Of a stretch of 54,227 nucleotides of DNA, positions 41,660 to 49,682 are shown piece after piece; the first letter of the stretch is position 1; each line of letters begins with the position of its first letter. The stretch is from a virus (lineage: Duplodnaviria; Caudoviricetes). Below the pieces are notes generated by a model. That model was not told where the DNA came from, made no database searches, and was given only the letters and a program-made list of their open reading frames with translations. The stretch lies in the IMG/VR virus record IMGVR_UViG_3300032249_000551, positions 1 through 54,227 of that record; one strand, 5' to 3'. The position numbers and the translations under genes are program-made.

Positions 41660-43287
41660 TATTCCCCCTTTAAGAAATTCAAAAGACTTCCTACTGTTAA
41701 GTCTACACCGCCTTTTACATTAATGCCAGTTCCATCCATAACAGCGTCTGCTACAGCGTTTTTTTGCATTAACATTTGGTGTTGTCGTTCTTCAATAGAG
41801 TTTAACACGAGGAAGTCTTGTATGACAACATGGGACCACTCACTAGAAGCACGACGAATTCTAGAGTTACGTTGAACGGCTGTGCCAGAAGACCAGGGTA
41901 AGTCAAAGTTAACCAGTAAGTTTGCTTGAGGTAGGTCTACTCCGTAGCCGCCTGCATCAGACGATACAAGTACCCTAACTTCTTTAGAGGTTTGAAAAGA
42001 AGTTTTAGATTCTTCTTTTTCTTTTGCGTTTAGCAGTCCTGAGTAGAGAGTGCTAACTATCTTCTTTGCCGTAAGTGCTTCTTGGATAAGGGGAAGCATA
42101 CCTAAGTAGCAAGTAAAGATAACAACCTTATGGTCTTCGTTTGCTTCTATGTGTTCTACTACATAGTTTATTACAGCGTCTAGCTTCGGAGATTTCGTCG
42201 CCTTTGCAAGAGCTCCAGAAGCTTCAAGACCAGCCACGTAAACACTGCCGCCTTTAGAACCTTCAAGGTTGACTTTTTCACCATCAATCTCCTGCCATCC
42301 ATTATGAAACTTAGTTGAACTTTCAACTAAAAGCTGTGGGGAATCACATAACATCCTTAAAGAAGTTATCTTAGACATTATGGAACCACGTATCTTATCA
42401 GCTGGTCCTCCTGCTTTGTGGCCTTGTCCATAGTGGGCGTCTAAAGAAAAGGAACCCCCTAGCAGCTCTTGTGCATCCATAAGCTCTTGTATCAAGTCTG
42501 AAGAAATCTTGGCATAAAGTTCTGCGCCAGCTTTGTCTAGTGGTATTAGGTACGGTTCTAAGTGGATTGTCTCAGGCAAGTATGGGGACACATCTGGGTC
42601 TTTCTGAGTCTTTCGTACGGCAACCTGTTTCATTTTCTCATGGAAGATGGGTAGGTTTCGGTAGCGCTGTACTCCACCAAAATGGTTACGCACTATAAAG
42701 GTCTGGTCAAACAAATCAAAGCGTCCAAGAACGGTTGAATCAACAAACTGCATAATGCTGTATAACTCTTCTGGGCGCCCGTTCTCAATTGGCGTACCTG
42801 TTAAAGCAAAACGAATAGGTACCTTACGTGCAAGTTCTTTAACTTTTTTTGAACGTTGAGAACGAAAACTTTTAATGGCAGTTGCTTCGTCGCAAACTAC
42901 TGCACCCCACTCATAGTCTTTAATAATGTCCCAATCAGCAACGATAGTTTCGTAGTTAGCAATAATGTAACCAGTGTGGTCTTCCCACGTCATATCTCGT
43001 TCCCAACGGATGTAACGGGTTCCTTTAGAGCCATCAATTACGGAAGAGTAATCATCTGAAAACTTGTTAATTTCTTTTTGCCATTGGTACTTCAAGCTAG
43101 ACAGAGCAATGACGAGTGTTGGCTTCGTTAACTCTCCGTCTTCTTTTAGTTTTTCTAACGCTGCAATAGTCATACAGGTTTTTCCTAAACCCATCTCATA
43201 AGCAACAAGCATTTTTTGACGAGAAGCCATTTTGGTAACGTCGTCTACTTGATACGGTTTTAACTCACCTTTGAACATCTGGGTCAT
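41659..43287 (-). CDS. SNF2-family helicase
   Basis: EMGLGKT, VCDEA, LTGTPIEN, SDAGGYG.DL, DLPW, QRNSRIRR. Confidence 0.92.
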   Translation of the reverse strand: MTQMFKGELKPYQVDDVTKMASRQKMLVAYEMGLGKTCMTIAALEKLKEDGELTKPTLVIALSSLKYQWQKEINKFSDDYSSVIDGSKGTRYIRWERDMTWEDHTGYIIANYETIVADWDIIKDYEWGAVVCDEATAIKSFRSQRSKKVKELARKVPIRFALTGTPIENGRPEELYSIMQFVDSTVLGRFDLFDQTFIVRNHFGGVQRYRNLPIFHEKMKQVAVRKTQKDPDVSPYLPETIHLEPYLIPLDKAGAELYAKISSDLIQELMDAQELLGGSFSLDAHYGQGHKAGGPADKIRGSIMSKITSLRMLCDSPQLLVESSTKFHNGWQEIDGEKVNLEGSKGGSVYVAGLEASGALAKATKSPKLDAVINYVVEHIEANEDHKVVIFTCYLGMLPLIQEALTAKKIVSTLYSGLLNAKEKEESKTSFQTSKEVRVLVSSDAGGYGVDLPQANLLVNFDLPWSSGTAVQRNSRIRRASSEWSHVVIQDFLVLNSIEERQHQMLMQKNAVADAVMDGTGINVKGGVDLTVGSLLNFLKGE

Positions 43288-43450
43288 CCACTGGGCAGGG
43301 AACTGTCAGTAAAGTTCCGCAGTCGTCACACTCTCCATCAACAAACCATAGAGAAATGTCGTAATCTTCAAACATCGCTTTAATATTAAATATTAAATGA
43401 CCACACAAAGGACAAGCATGTGTTGGAACTCCTCGTGCATCTAATGCCAT
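43265..43450 (-). CDS. Small Zn-finger protein
   Basis: PTHACPLCG...ECDDCG..LTVP.P.D. Confidence 0.65.
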   Translation of the reverse strand: MALDARGVPTHACPLCGHLIFNIKAMFEDYDISLWFVDGECDDCGTLLTVPCPVDDPDVQR

Positions 43451-44379
43451 ACGTAAGCTGCTTTTCCATAAATCATGTCACGAGCAGTATCAATGCCTTG
43501 ACGAATCTCTTGCTCTGTCATGTCTCCTGGGTCCTTAACATCAATTCCTGTGTAGTTGAAGTAGGCCAATTCAATACCATATTTGCGAGCAAAACCACGC
43601 ATAAGTTCATTGGCATGTATTCCAGCATCGTCCTTATCAAATGCTGCAATTACTTTGTTGGCTCTACGCATAATCTTCGCTTGTTCTTCGCTTATGATGG
43701 CGCCGTAAGTTGAGATTGCACCTTCAACCCCTGCTGAAGCAAGGCGTGCCACATCTAGTGGGGACTCAACGACAACAAGAGTCTCCGTGCTCATTACCTC
43801 TACACCAAAGACGGTTCTAGATTTCTTAACACCTTGCGGCTGGTTACGGAAGAAACGACCACGTGCACCTTTTTCTTGCCATCCCCATAGAGAGTAATCG
43901 TTAGGGTCACGGATTGGGACAATCCAGGCTTCGTTATTAACATCCCATAGGACTCCGTGATGCTTTGCTGCTTCTGCACTGATGAACCTCTTTCGTAGTT
44001 CTTTCTCTGGTGGCTCTGTATAGACAGCAAGACGAGCCTCTGACATCGCTATTGGTTCTTCAATGGTGACATACTGTGGCAATTCACGGATACGCTTTAA
44101 CAGTACATCAACATCAAGCTCTGCACTAGAAGTTACATAATCTTTTGCATCAAAATAATCAATGCCCTTGATGTCTGCAACCAACGTATACACGTTGCCT
44201 TTGTAACCACAGGAGAAGCAGATGTGTGCTCCAGTTACGGAGTTAATCCACCACGACGGATTGTGGTCTTCTTTTCCAGTGCGAGCTTTGTGCATTGGAC
44301 ATAGCCCTTGTACCTCTTCACCTCTCTGAGAAACAAGGGGTATATCTAATGAAAGTAAAACTTTTTCTACATCAACCAT
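43441..44379 (-). CDS. DNA primase (CHC2 Zn finger + TOPRIM)
   Basis: LCPMH..CFSCG; VVESPLD; FDKDDAG; KDPGD. Confidence 0.9.
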   Translation of the reverse strand: MVDVEKVLLSLDIPLVSQRGEEVQGLCPMHKARTGKEDHNPSWWINSVTGAHICFSCGYKGNVYTLVADIKGIDYFDAKDYVTSSAELDVDVLLKRIRELPQYVTIEEPIAMSEARLAVYTEPPEKELRKRFISAEAAKHHGVLWDVNNEAWIVPIRDPNDYSLWGWQEKGARGRFFRNQPQGVKKSRTVFGVEVMSTETLVVVESPLDVARLASAGVEGAISTYGAIISEEQAKIMRRANKVIAAFDKDDAGIHANELMRGFARKYGIELAYFNYTGIDVKDPGDMTEQEIRQGIDTARDMIYGKAAYVWH

Positions 44380-45625
44380 TGTTATCCCAGTTAGAGCAGA
44401 ACTCACAGCTCATCATCGCTGACTCATCGTGGAAGCAACCTGTCTCCCATTTCCAGGTAAGGGATGTCTCTTTAGGTGGGCAGTTACGGGAAGCAACAAC
44501 TTTTAATAAACGAATGGAATCATCTTCTTCTACAGGTTCTAGACCCAAAATAACATCTGAGTCTTGGAAGAAGGAAGATGAGTACCCAATAGAGTCTGCA
44601 GTAACTTTTCCAGCACGCATCTTCCAAAGCAAAGTCTGAGTAGTAATAACAATTGGCTTATCAATCTTCTGCGCTAAGCGCTTTAGAGCACGAGTGATGT
44701 TAGTAATTGCTTGAGGCGTATTCATCTCACCAGTTAAATCATCAAGCATCAAATACACACCGTCTACAAAAACAATGTCTGGCTTTAACTGCTCAATCTT
44801 TGCTGACAAAGACGAGACCGTAATACCGTTTACTGCATCTACTAGATGGAATGGGTGCTCTGTCTCCATAGTGTTAAGCATGTCAATATAACGGGCTTCT
44901 TCTTTCGGTAAAAGCTTTCCACGTCGTAATCGTCCGTGGTCAATATGTGAGCGCATTGCGTCGTGACGCTGTTGTTGCTCATGATTGTTCATTTCAAAAG
45001 ATTGAAACATAGGAGTCTTACCTAGTTTGTGAATGTTAATAGCAACCTGCAATGCAACCTGAGACTTACCTGTCTTAGGTGGAGCAATGATTGTAACTAA
45101 CTGACCGCCCTGTAATCCTGCAGTTGCTTCATCAATATCTTTAAACCCTGTCGGTATACCTAAGAACTCTTGGTTCTGAATTGCTTGGTACTCCTTGTAA
45201 CGTTCTTCTGTATTCTTAGTTAAATCAATCTCATGTGTTCCTAAAACGCCTTGCTCATTAACTTTAGAAACAGTTTGTTCCATAGCAAGTATTGCAGCGT
45301 TGTGATTGTTGTCCTGTAACTGCTCAACCGCACTCTCTAAACCCTGTCGTGTGAGCATACGACGGCGAAAATCCACCATCGTGTCCAGCAAGTAATCCAT
45401 GCTGTCTTCAACATTAAGAACTTTGTAGTTTGGGTAATGGTCAAGAACAGTTGTTGCCGTAGGCACTTCGCTGTACTCGCTGTAGTGCTTACGTACAAAC
45501 GCCCAAACTTTCTTGTTGTCGTCGTCTAAGAACCAGACATCTGTTATACCGCGTTGAAGTACAGGGGTAATCTCACGTTCCTTGATTACCTTGCTAACTA
45601 GTCTGTGTTCGTTATCTGCTGCCAA
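44372..45625 (-). CDS. DnaB-like replicative helicase
   Basis: IPTGF..ID....GLQ.GQL, APPKTGKS, SFEM, VFVDG, LKRLA, QDSD. Confidence 0.92.
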   Translation of the reverse strand: MAADNEHRLVSKVIKEREITPVLQRGITDVWFLDDDNKKVWAFVRKHYSEYSEVPTATTVLDHYPNYKVLNVEDSMDYLLDTMVDFRRRMLTRQGLESAVEQLQDNNHNAAILAMEQTVSKVNEQGVLGTHEIDLTKNTEERYKEYQAIQNQEFLGIPTGFKDIDEATAGLQGGQLVTIIAPPKTGKSQVALQVAINIHKLGKTPMFQSFEMNNHEQQQRHDAMRSHIDHGRLRRGKLLPKEEARYIDMLNTMETEHPFHLVDAVNGITVSSLSAKIEQLKPDIVFVDGVYLMLDDLTGEMNTPQAITNITRALKRLAQKIDKPIVITTQTLLWKMRAGKVTADSIGYSSSFFQDSDVILGLEPVEEDDSIRLLKVVASRNCPPKETSLTWKWETGCFHDESAMMSCEFCSNWDNNG

Positions 45626-45742
45626 TTACTTCCACCGCTCCCCACATGTTTGACACTGTAAAAAAGAGTTACCGTTTACCCAAAGACGTGCAATGTCATT
45701 TGAACGACACATCGGACAATTAGTGTTTGCAATACTGAACAT
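45626..45742 (-). CDS. Tiny Zn-ribbon protein (38 aa)
   Basis: MFSIANTNCPMC...LQCQTCGERWK; GGGAGG RBS. Confidence 0.55.
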   Translation of the reverse strand: MFSIANTNCPMCRSNDIARLWVNGNSFLQCQTCGERWK

Positions 45743-45760
45743 AGCGCCCTCCCTCAAGGA

Positions 45761-46177
45761 CTAGATATTATCTAACTGTACCCCTGCAGAGCCATACATA
45801 GCGACTCGGCCTGGAACATCTATTACAGCCTTAAGATTAGCACGGTATGGCAGAGCTCCTACCAGCTCATGTGGGTCCTCGTAGAGTTGCCAGTAGTTGA
45901 ATGGGTTGACAACCCTGCGCTCAAGTTTTTCAAAGGCTTTATCAAGTAGTTCTTCTGTCCAGCCTTCGCTTTCAAAGCCAGCTAGCTCTAAAGAAAATGC
46001 GTAGTTGTTAGACAGGTGCCACAGCTTGTTAGCTGCAAGTAAGTCAATCTCTCCGATTGCAAAAGAAGTCTTCTTTACCAAAAGACGTTTAGAGACTTCT
46101 TCTTTTAGTTTCAGTGTGACGTCTGTCACACACACAACTTGCGGAGAGGAGACGTTGGAAATGTCTCCGTTTTTCAT
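45761..46177 (-). CDS. Hypothetical protein
   Basis: 138 aa, MKNGDISN start, coupled. Confidence 0.7.
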   Translation of the reverse strand: MKNGDISNVSSPQVVCVTDVTLKLKEEVSKRLLVKKTSFAIGEIDLLAANKLWHLSNNYAFSLELAGFESEGWTEELLDKAFEKLERRVVNPFNYWQLYEDPHELVGALPYRANLKAVIDVPGRVAMYGSAGVQLDNI

Positions 46178-46479
46178 ATAACTTCTATCGTTGCGTAGTT
46201 TACTACAAACTCACGGAACTTCTTAGGGTCTTCACTAGCCTCGTATGCCCACTCTTCTGGAACTGAGTTAGGTACGTTGATTGAGTAGTGACCTGTGTTT
46301 TTAATCTTGTTGTTTACAAAAGAGGTGTGTTTGCAGTTCTGCTTCTTTACCCACACTGGGCAGTTGCAACGGGTCTGCTTAGACTTAGTTTCTAACTCAA
46401 CCTCAAATACACCAACGCCTTGAGCAGAGATAAACTGCTGAACAGTCATCCACTCTGCACTCATGCTTGGTCCTTTCAT
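46174..46479 (-). CDS. SWIM zinc-finger protein
   Basis: CNCP......CKH. Confidence 0.75.
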   Translation of the reverse strand: MKGPSMSAEWMTVQQFISAQGVGVFEVELETKSKQTRCNCPVWVKKQNCKHTSFVNNKIKNTGHYSINVPNSVPEEWAYEASEDPKKFREFVVNYATIEVI

Positions 46480-47198
46480 TGGGCACCTCTTAGGTCTGAA
46501 CCTAGTATAGGCACTCTTATAAACGCTTCGTTAGCAAAACTCGCCATTGCTTCGCTGTATTGTGATTCCCAATTTTCTAAACGAACATTGGTAGTAACAA
46601 TTGTAGGCAATCCCTTGTCATAGCGCAGTCTTAGAATCTCATCAAAAGATGTGTCGTCATACTTAGAGCCGTATTCTTTACCTAAATCATCAAGGATTAA
46701 TACTCTGACGTTTAGCCAGTCAAAACGGCAACGACCATGAAACCCATCTAACTCATAACTCATCTCTCGCTTATCTTCACCGTCCATGTCAAAGGTTGAT
46801 TTCTTACGAGATAAAAACTCTGGATAGGTCATGTAGTACACAGGACGAAACTTTAACCCGTACTCAGTTGCATTTAGCCCTAGCAGTTTGCTTGCTAAAG
46901 CATCGTCGTCTGGCAAGTTACGGACAATTTCCATAGCCGCAACAACAGCGTGTGTTGTCTTACCAAGACCAGGACCGCCATCAAACACAAGCCCTACGCC
47001 GTTTACGCCGATGTTTCCAATGCTCTTAATAACCTGACCTGAAGTAACGTCCTCAACCCAGGAAAAAACCTCTCCTGGAAATGACCCTACTTTCTCAGTA
47101 ATGTCACTTGGTTCTAAACCAATAAACCTACGCGGTATGTTTGAAGTACGTAGTAGCCAGTGCTTTTTCAATGGAGACAAAGTATTGATGTCATACAT
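46476..47198 (-). CDS. DnaC/IstB-like ATPase (helicase loader)
   Basis: IPRRF, GGPGLGKT, LILDDLGKE, R.RY....PTIVTTN. Confidence 0.88.
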   Translation of the reverse strand: MYDINTLSPLKKHWLLRTSNIPRRFIGLEPSDITEKVGSFPGEVFSWVEDVTSGQVIKSIGNIGVNGVGLVFDGGPGLGKTTHAVVAAMEIVRNLPDDDALASKLLGLNATEYGLKFRPVYYMTYPEFLSRKKSTFDMDGEDKREMSYELDGFHGRCRFDWLNVRVLILDDLGKEYGSKYDDTSFDEILRLRYDKGLPTIVTTNVRLENWESQYSEAMASFANEAFIRVPILGSDLRGAQ

Positions 47199-47346
47199 CT
47201 GTGTTACCCCCTAATTCTTTGTCTAACTTTATTCGGCCCTCATCCGTTATACCAAACCGAGGATTTAAATCTTCATCGTAGTCAACAGAAACAAGCCCTA
47301 ACTCAAATAAATGCATTAGGGCTTGCTCTAGTTGGTCTTCTTCCAA
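47191..47346 (-). CDS. Small winged-helix-like protein (51 aa)
   Basis: TTG start; L..L.E.GLV..DYD.......IT.EG pattern. Confidence 0.45.
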   Translation of the reverse strand: MEEDQLEQALMHLFELGLVSVDYDEDLNPRFGITDEGRIKLDKELGGNTDV

Positions 47347-47493
47347 TTACTTGTCTTCGTTTTCCTTAAGCCAAGCAGCAAAAGCAATCTGTGTTTCTTC
47401 TTCTGGGACTGAGTGTTCTTCAAGGTATTCCAAGAAGTCTTCGTCTTTCATTAAATCAGGTGTGTCTTTAAATGTAAAACTTAGTATGTTCAT
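47347..47493 (-). CDS. Small acidic protein (48 aa)
   Basis: MNILSFTFKDTPDLMKDEDFLEYL...; TAATG coupling. Confidence 0.5.
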   Translation of the reverse strand: MNILSFTFKDTPDLMKDEDFLEYLEEHSVPEEETQIAFAAWLKENEDK

Positions 47494-47801
47494 TATGCTT
47501 TAAACTCCAGTACTCCAACGAAAGCTGTTGGCTTGTCAGTTGTTTTATCAACTCTAGTTGTTTCTAACTTTACGCTTTTGCGAGGTGTCATTGCTAGCAC
47601 CTGTGATTTAATCCAACGCTTACCTGCTGATGCATTTTTCCAAGCTGCTTCTGCACTTACAGCCTCTGCTGGTTGCATTGAGTTTAGATTGTCATCATCA
47701 ATCATTGGAGTAAGAAGGCTGACATTAGCCAACCATGCGCCACCTTGTTCAGTGTTTAGTGTAAGTGTTGCTGTGAACTTCTTTGTAATTTTCTTTGCCA
47801 C
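47493..47801 (-). CDS. Hypothetical protein
   Basis: 102 aa; AAGGAG RBS, GTG start. Confidence 0.7.
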   Translation of the reverse strand: MAKKITKKFTATLTLNTEQGGAWLANVSLLTPMIDDDNLNSMQPAEAVSAEAAWKNASAGKRWIKSQVLAMTPRKSVKLETTRVDKTTDKPTAFVGVLEFKA

Positions 47802-47803
47802 GT

Positions 47804-48787
47804 TTAGTTCTCCTTGCCTTTCAATCGTTTTTCATGTCGCTCTAGTTGTGCACGTCCACTCAAAGAGTTCTGGAACACACGACCGTCACTGGAGATGAGA
47901 GTACCAGATGCTGGAGCCGTCTCAATCTTAGCAGTAACTTTGTTAAGTCCTAGGTTTTCTCTTGCTTGGTTCATCTTCGTGCCGAAGGAGGCTAGGTACT
48001 TCTTGTAAAGGTGAGGAGCCTCGTCCCCAATGTCTTTGAAGTTACGCTCATCCTGCAGGAACAGCCGAAGCAATTCAAGCTCTATGAGCGGGGTTGTTCC
48101 GTACTGTGAGCGGAACTTTCGGAGTGCGCCTGATAGCGATTTGACGGATACAGTTCCTGGAAGTAGCGGGTATTTACGGCCCACTTGGTAACTAAACTCT
48201 GCAGCAACGTCCATCGCTGTCCACTCGTGCTCTGGTCGCTTTCCACGGGTCTTTGGGTCTGACTTACGGACTTTAGGCTGTGGCGCATCCTTGGGTTCAA
48301 TAAGCCCAAAGCCAACCAAATCTTCCGAATCATCGGCGTAGTTTCTCATAGGAACCTTTATTTCTTTAGTGAAACCTTCGGTTTCAGATTCTTTTAATTT
48401 ATAACTAGCTTTACTACTATGGCTATTAGGTACTAATGGTCTAGTAGCTATATAGCTAGGGTGGCTATTAGTCACGTAGTCATGTGAGGTGCGGTAATTT
48501 TTTACCAACTTCTCATCCACATGTTGGTAATTTTTTACCAATATCTTTTTCTTTCCTTGGTAACCGTTTGCCCGCTTACTGGTCTGTGTGGCTATTAGCC
48601 CAACACCCTCTAGCCCCTTGAGGGCGCTACGGACCGTCTTGTCGCTTGATTTGCCAGTCTCTACACAGAGCTGGGCTACTGTGGTCTCTACGAGCCCGCC
48701 AGGGCCCGCAAAACGGCACAGTATGGCAAAGAGACGGAACTGAAAATCAGTTATCTTGGCTGAATAAGCCTCTAGCGGGATGTACAC
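47804..48787 (-). CDS. Putative replication initiator (N-terminal winged HTH, lambda O-like arrangement)
   Basis: LFAILC...T..QL..ETG..SDKTVRSALKGLE..GLI; internal DNA repeats; upstream of a DnaC-like loader. Confidence 0.65.
   Translation of the reverse strand: MYIPLEAYSAKITDFQFRLFAILCRFAGPGGLVETTVAQLCVETGKSSDKTVRSALKGLEGVGLIATQTSKRANGYQGKKKILVKNYQHVDEKLVKNYRTSHDYVTNSHPSYIATRPLVPNSHSSKASYKLKESETEGFTKEIKVPMRNYADDSEDLVGFGLIEPKDAPQPKVRKSDPKTRGKRPEHEWTAMDVAAEFSYQVGRKYPLLPGTVSVKSLSGALRKFRSQYGTTPLIELELLRLFLQDERNFKDIGDEAPHLYKKYLASFGTKMNQARENLGLNKVTAKIETAPASGTLISSDGRVFQNSLSGRAQLERHEKRLKGKEN
48372..48599. repeat. Iteron-like repeats and palindromes inside the initiator gene (putative origin)
   Basis: GGTAATTTTTTACCAA at 48493 and 48526, variant GGTAACCGTTTGCCC at 48559 (33-bp period); GGCTATTAG x3; TAGCTATATAGCTA palindrome; GAAACC-TTC-GGTTTC. 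Confidence 0.6.
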
Positions 48788-48796
48788 AGGCTTAGC

Positions 48797-49390
48797 CTAC
48801 TCCTCATCTTCAAATGGCGATATGTCCTTTTTGTCCAATTGCTCGTTGAGGTGCTGCACAACGGCTTGACCTAACGACTCCATGACCGTGGTGGCTATGA
48901 AGGCGCTCATCATATCCACAAAGACTCCAAGAGCCTTGTGCATCCCATCATGTAGTTCGTCTGGGTCCATACCTAAAAAGGGATTCTCATCCAATTCAAT
49001 CGGGTCCATTCCGTCAGTTACATCCCAAATATCTAATGCCAAGTCTTCAACGGTGTGGATGATTAGATGGTCAGTAAGGCTGTCTGTCCAAACAATTCCA
49101 ATGGCATCTCCAGGAGACAGTTGTCTTAGCAAGTCATTGACTGGGTCTTCACAGACCACAAATGCATCAACCTGTTTGATGATGTGCCCTACATCTGTAG
49201 CGTCACTTAGGAAAGCAGTTACTTTAACTTTGTTCTCTAAGCACTTTCGTATAATGCTTTGAGAGAAGTCATCGTAGTCTGTCTTTACTGGAAAAAGTAC
49301 TTCGGGCGATTGTTCAGAATATTTCGTGAGCAGTTCGTCAATTCCATGTGATACATCCAAATCATCTTCTGAAAAAACAGCGATTTTCAT
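48797..49390 (-). CDS. Hypothetical acidic protein
   Basis: 197 aa; AGGAG RBS. Confidence 0.7.
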   Translation of the reverse strand: MKIAVFSEDDLDVSHGIDELLTKYSEQSPEVLFPVKTDYDDFSQSIIRKCLENKVKVTAFLSDATDVGHIIKQVDAFVVCEDPVNDLLRQLSPGDAIGIVWTDSLTDHLIIHTVEDLALDIWDVTDGMDPIELDENPFLGMDPDELHDGMHKALGVFVDMMSAFIATTVMESLGQAVVQHLNEQLDKKDISPFEDEE

Positions 49391-49397
49391 TGTGCTC

Positions 49398-49673
49398 CTA
49401 AATAGGTGGTAGTCGTCGTGGAGTAGTTAAAACCAATGGTTTATTGATGTATTTGTTTATGATTAGCACAATAAAAGATATTGCTGGTACAGCAACTACA
49501 AACTTTAAATTGATTTCATAGAAGCATGTTAATGCGCCAAAGCTTAACGGCAATGACAGGATGGAGTAAATCTTTTCCTTACCAAGAAACATCTTTAAAC
49601 CAATAGAGACAAGCTCTATAGCAAAAGTTACTGCAAGACTTGAAAGGATTATTGATATAAGTAGGTTAACCAT
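49398..49673 (-). CDS. Small membrane protein (3 TM)
   Basis: Hydrophobic helices; leaderless TAGTAT-6nt-ATG. Confidence 0.7.
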   Translation of the reverse strand: MVNLLISIILSSLAVTFAIELVSIGLKMFLGKEKIYSILSLPLSFGALTCFYEINLKFVVAVPAISFIVLIINKYINKPLVLTTPRRLPPI

Positions 49674-49682
49674 GGGCGCATA

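Noticed and set aside
22035-45625. Inteins or introns in RNR, RecA, PolA or the helicases
   Set aside because: ORFs are uninterrupted, of normal length, and lack intein C/S...HN or LAGLIDADG motifs
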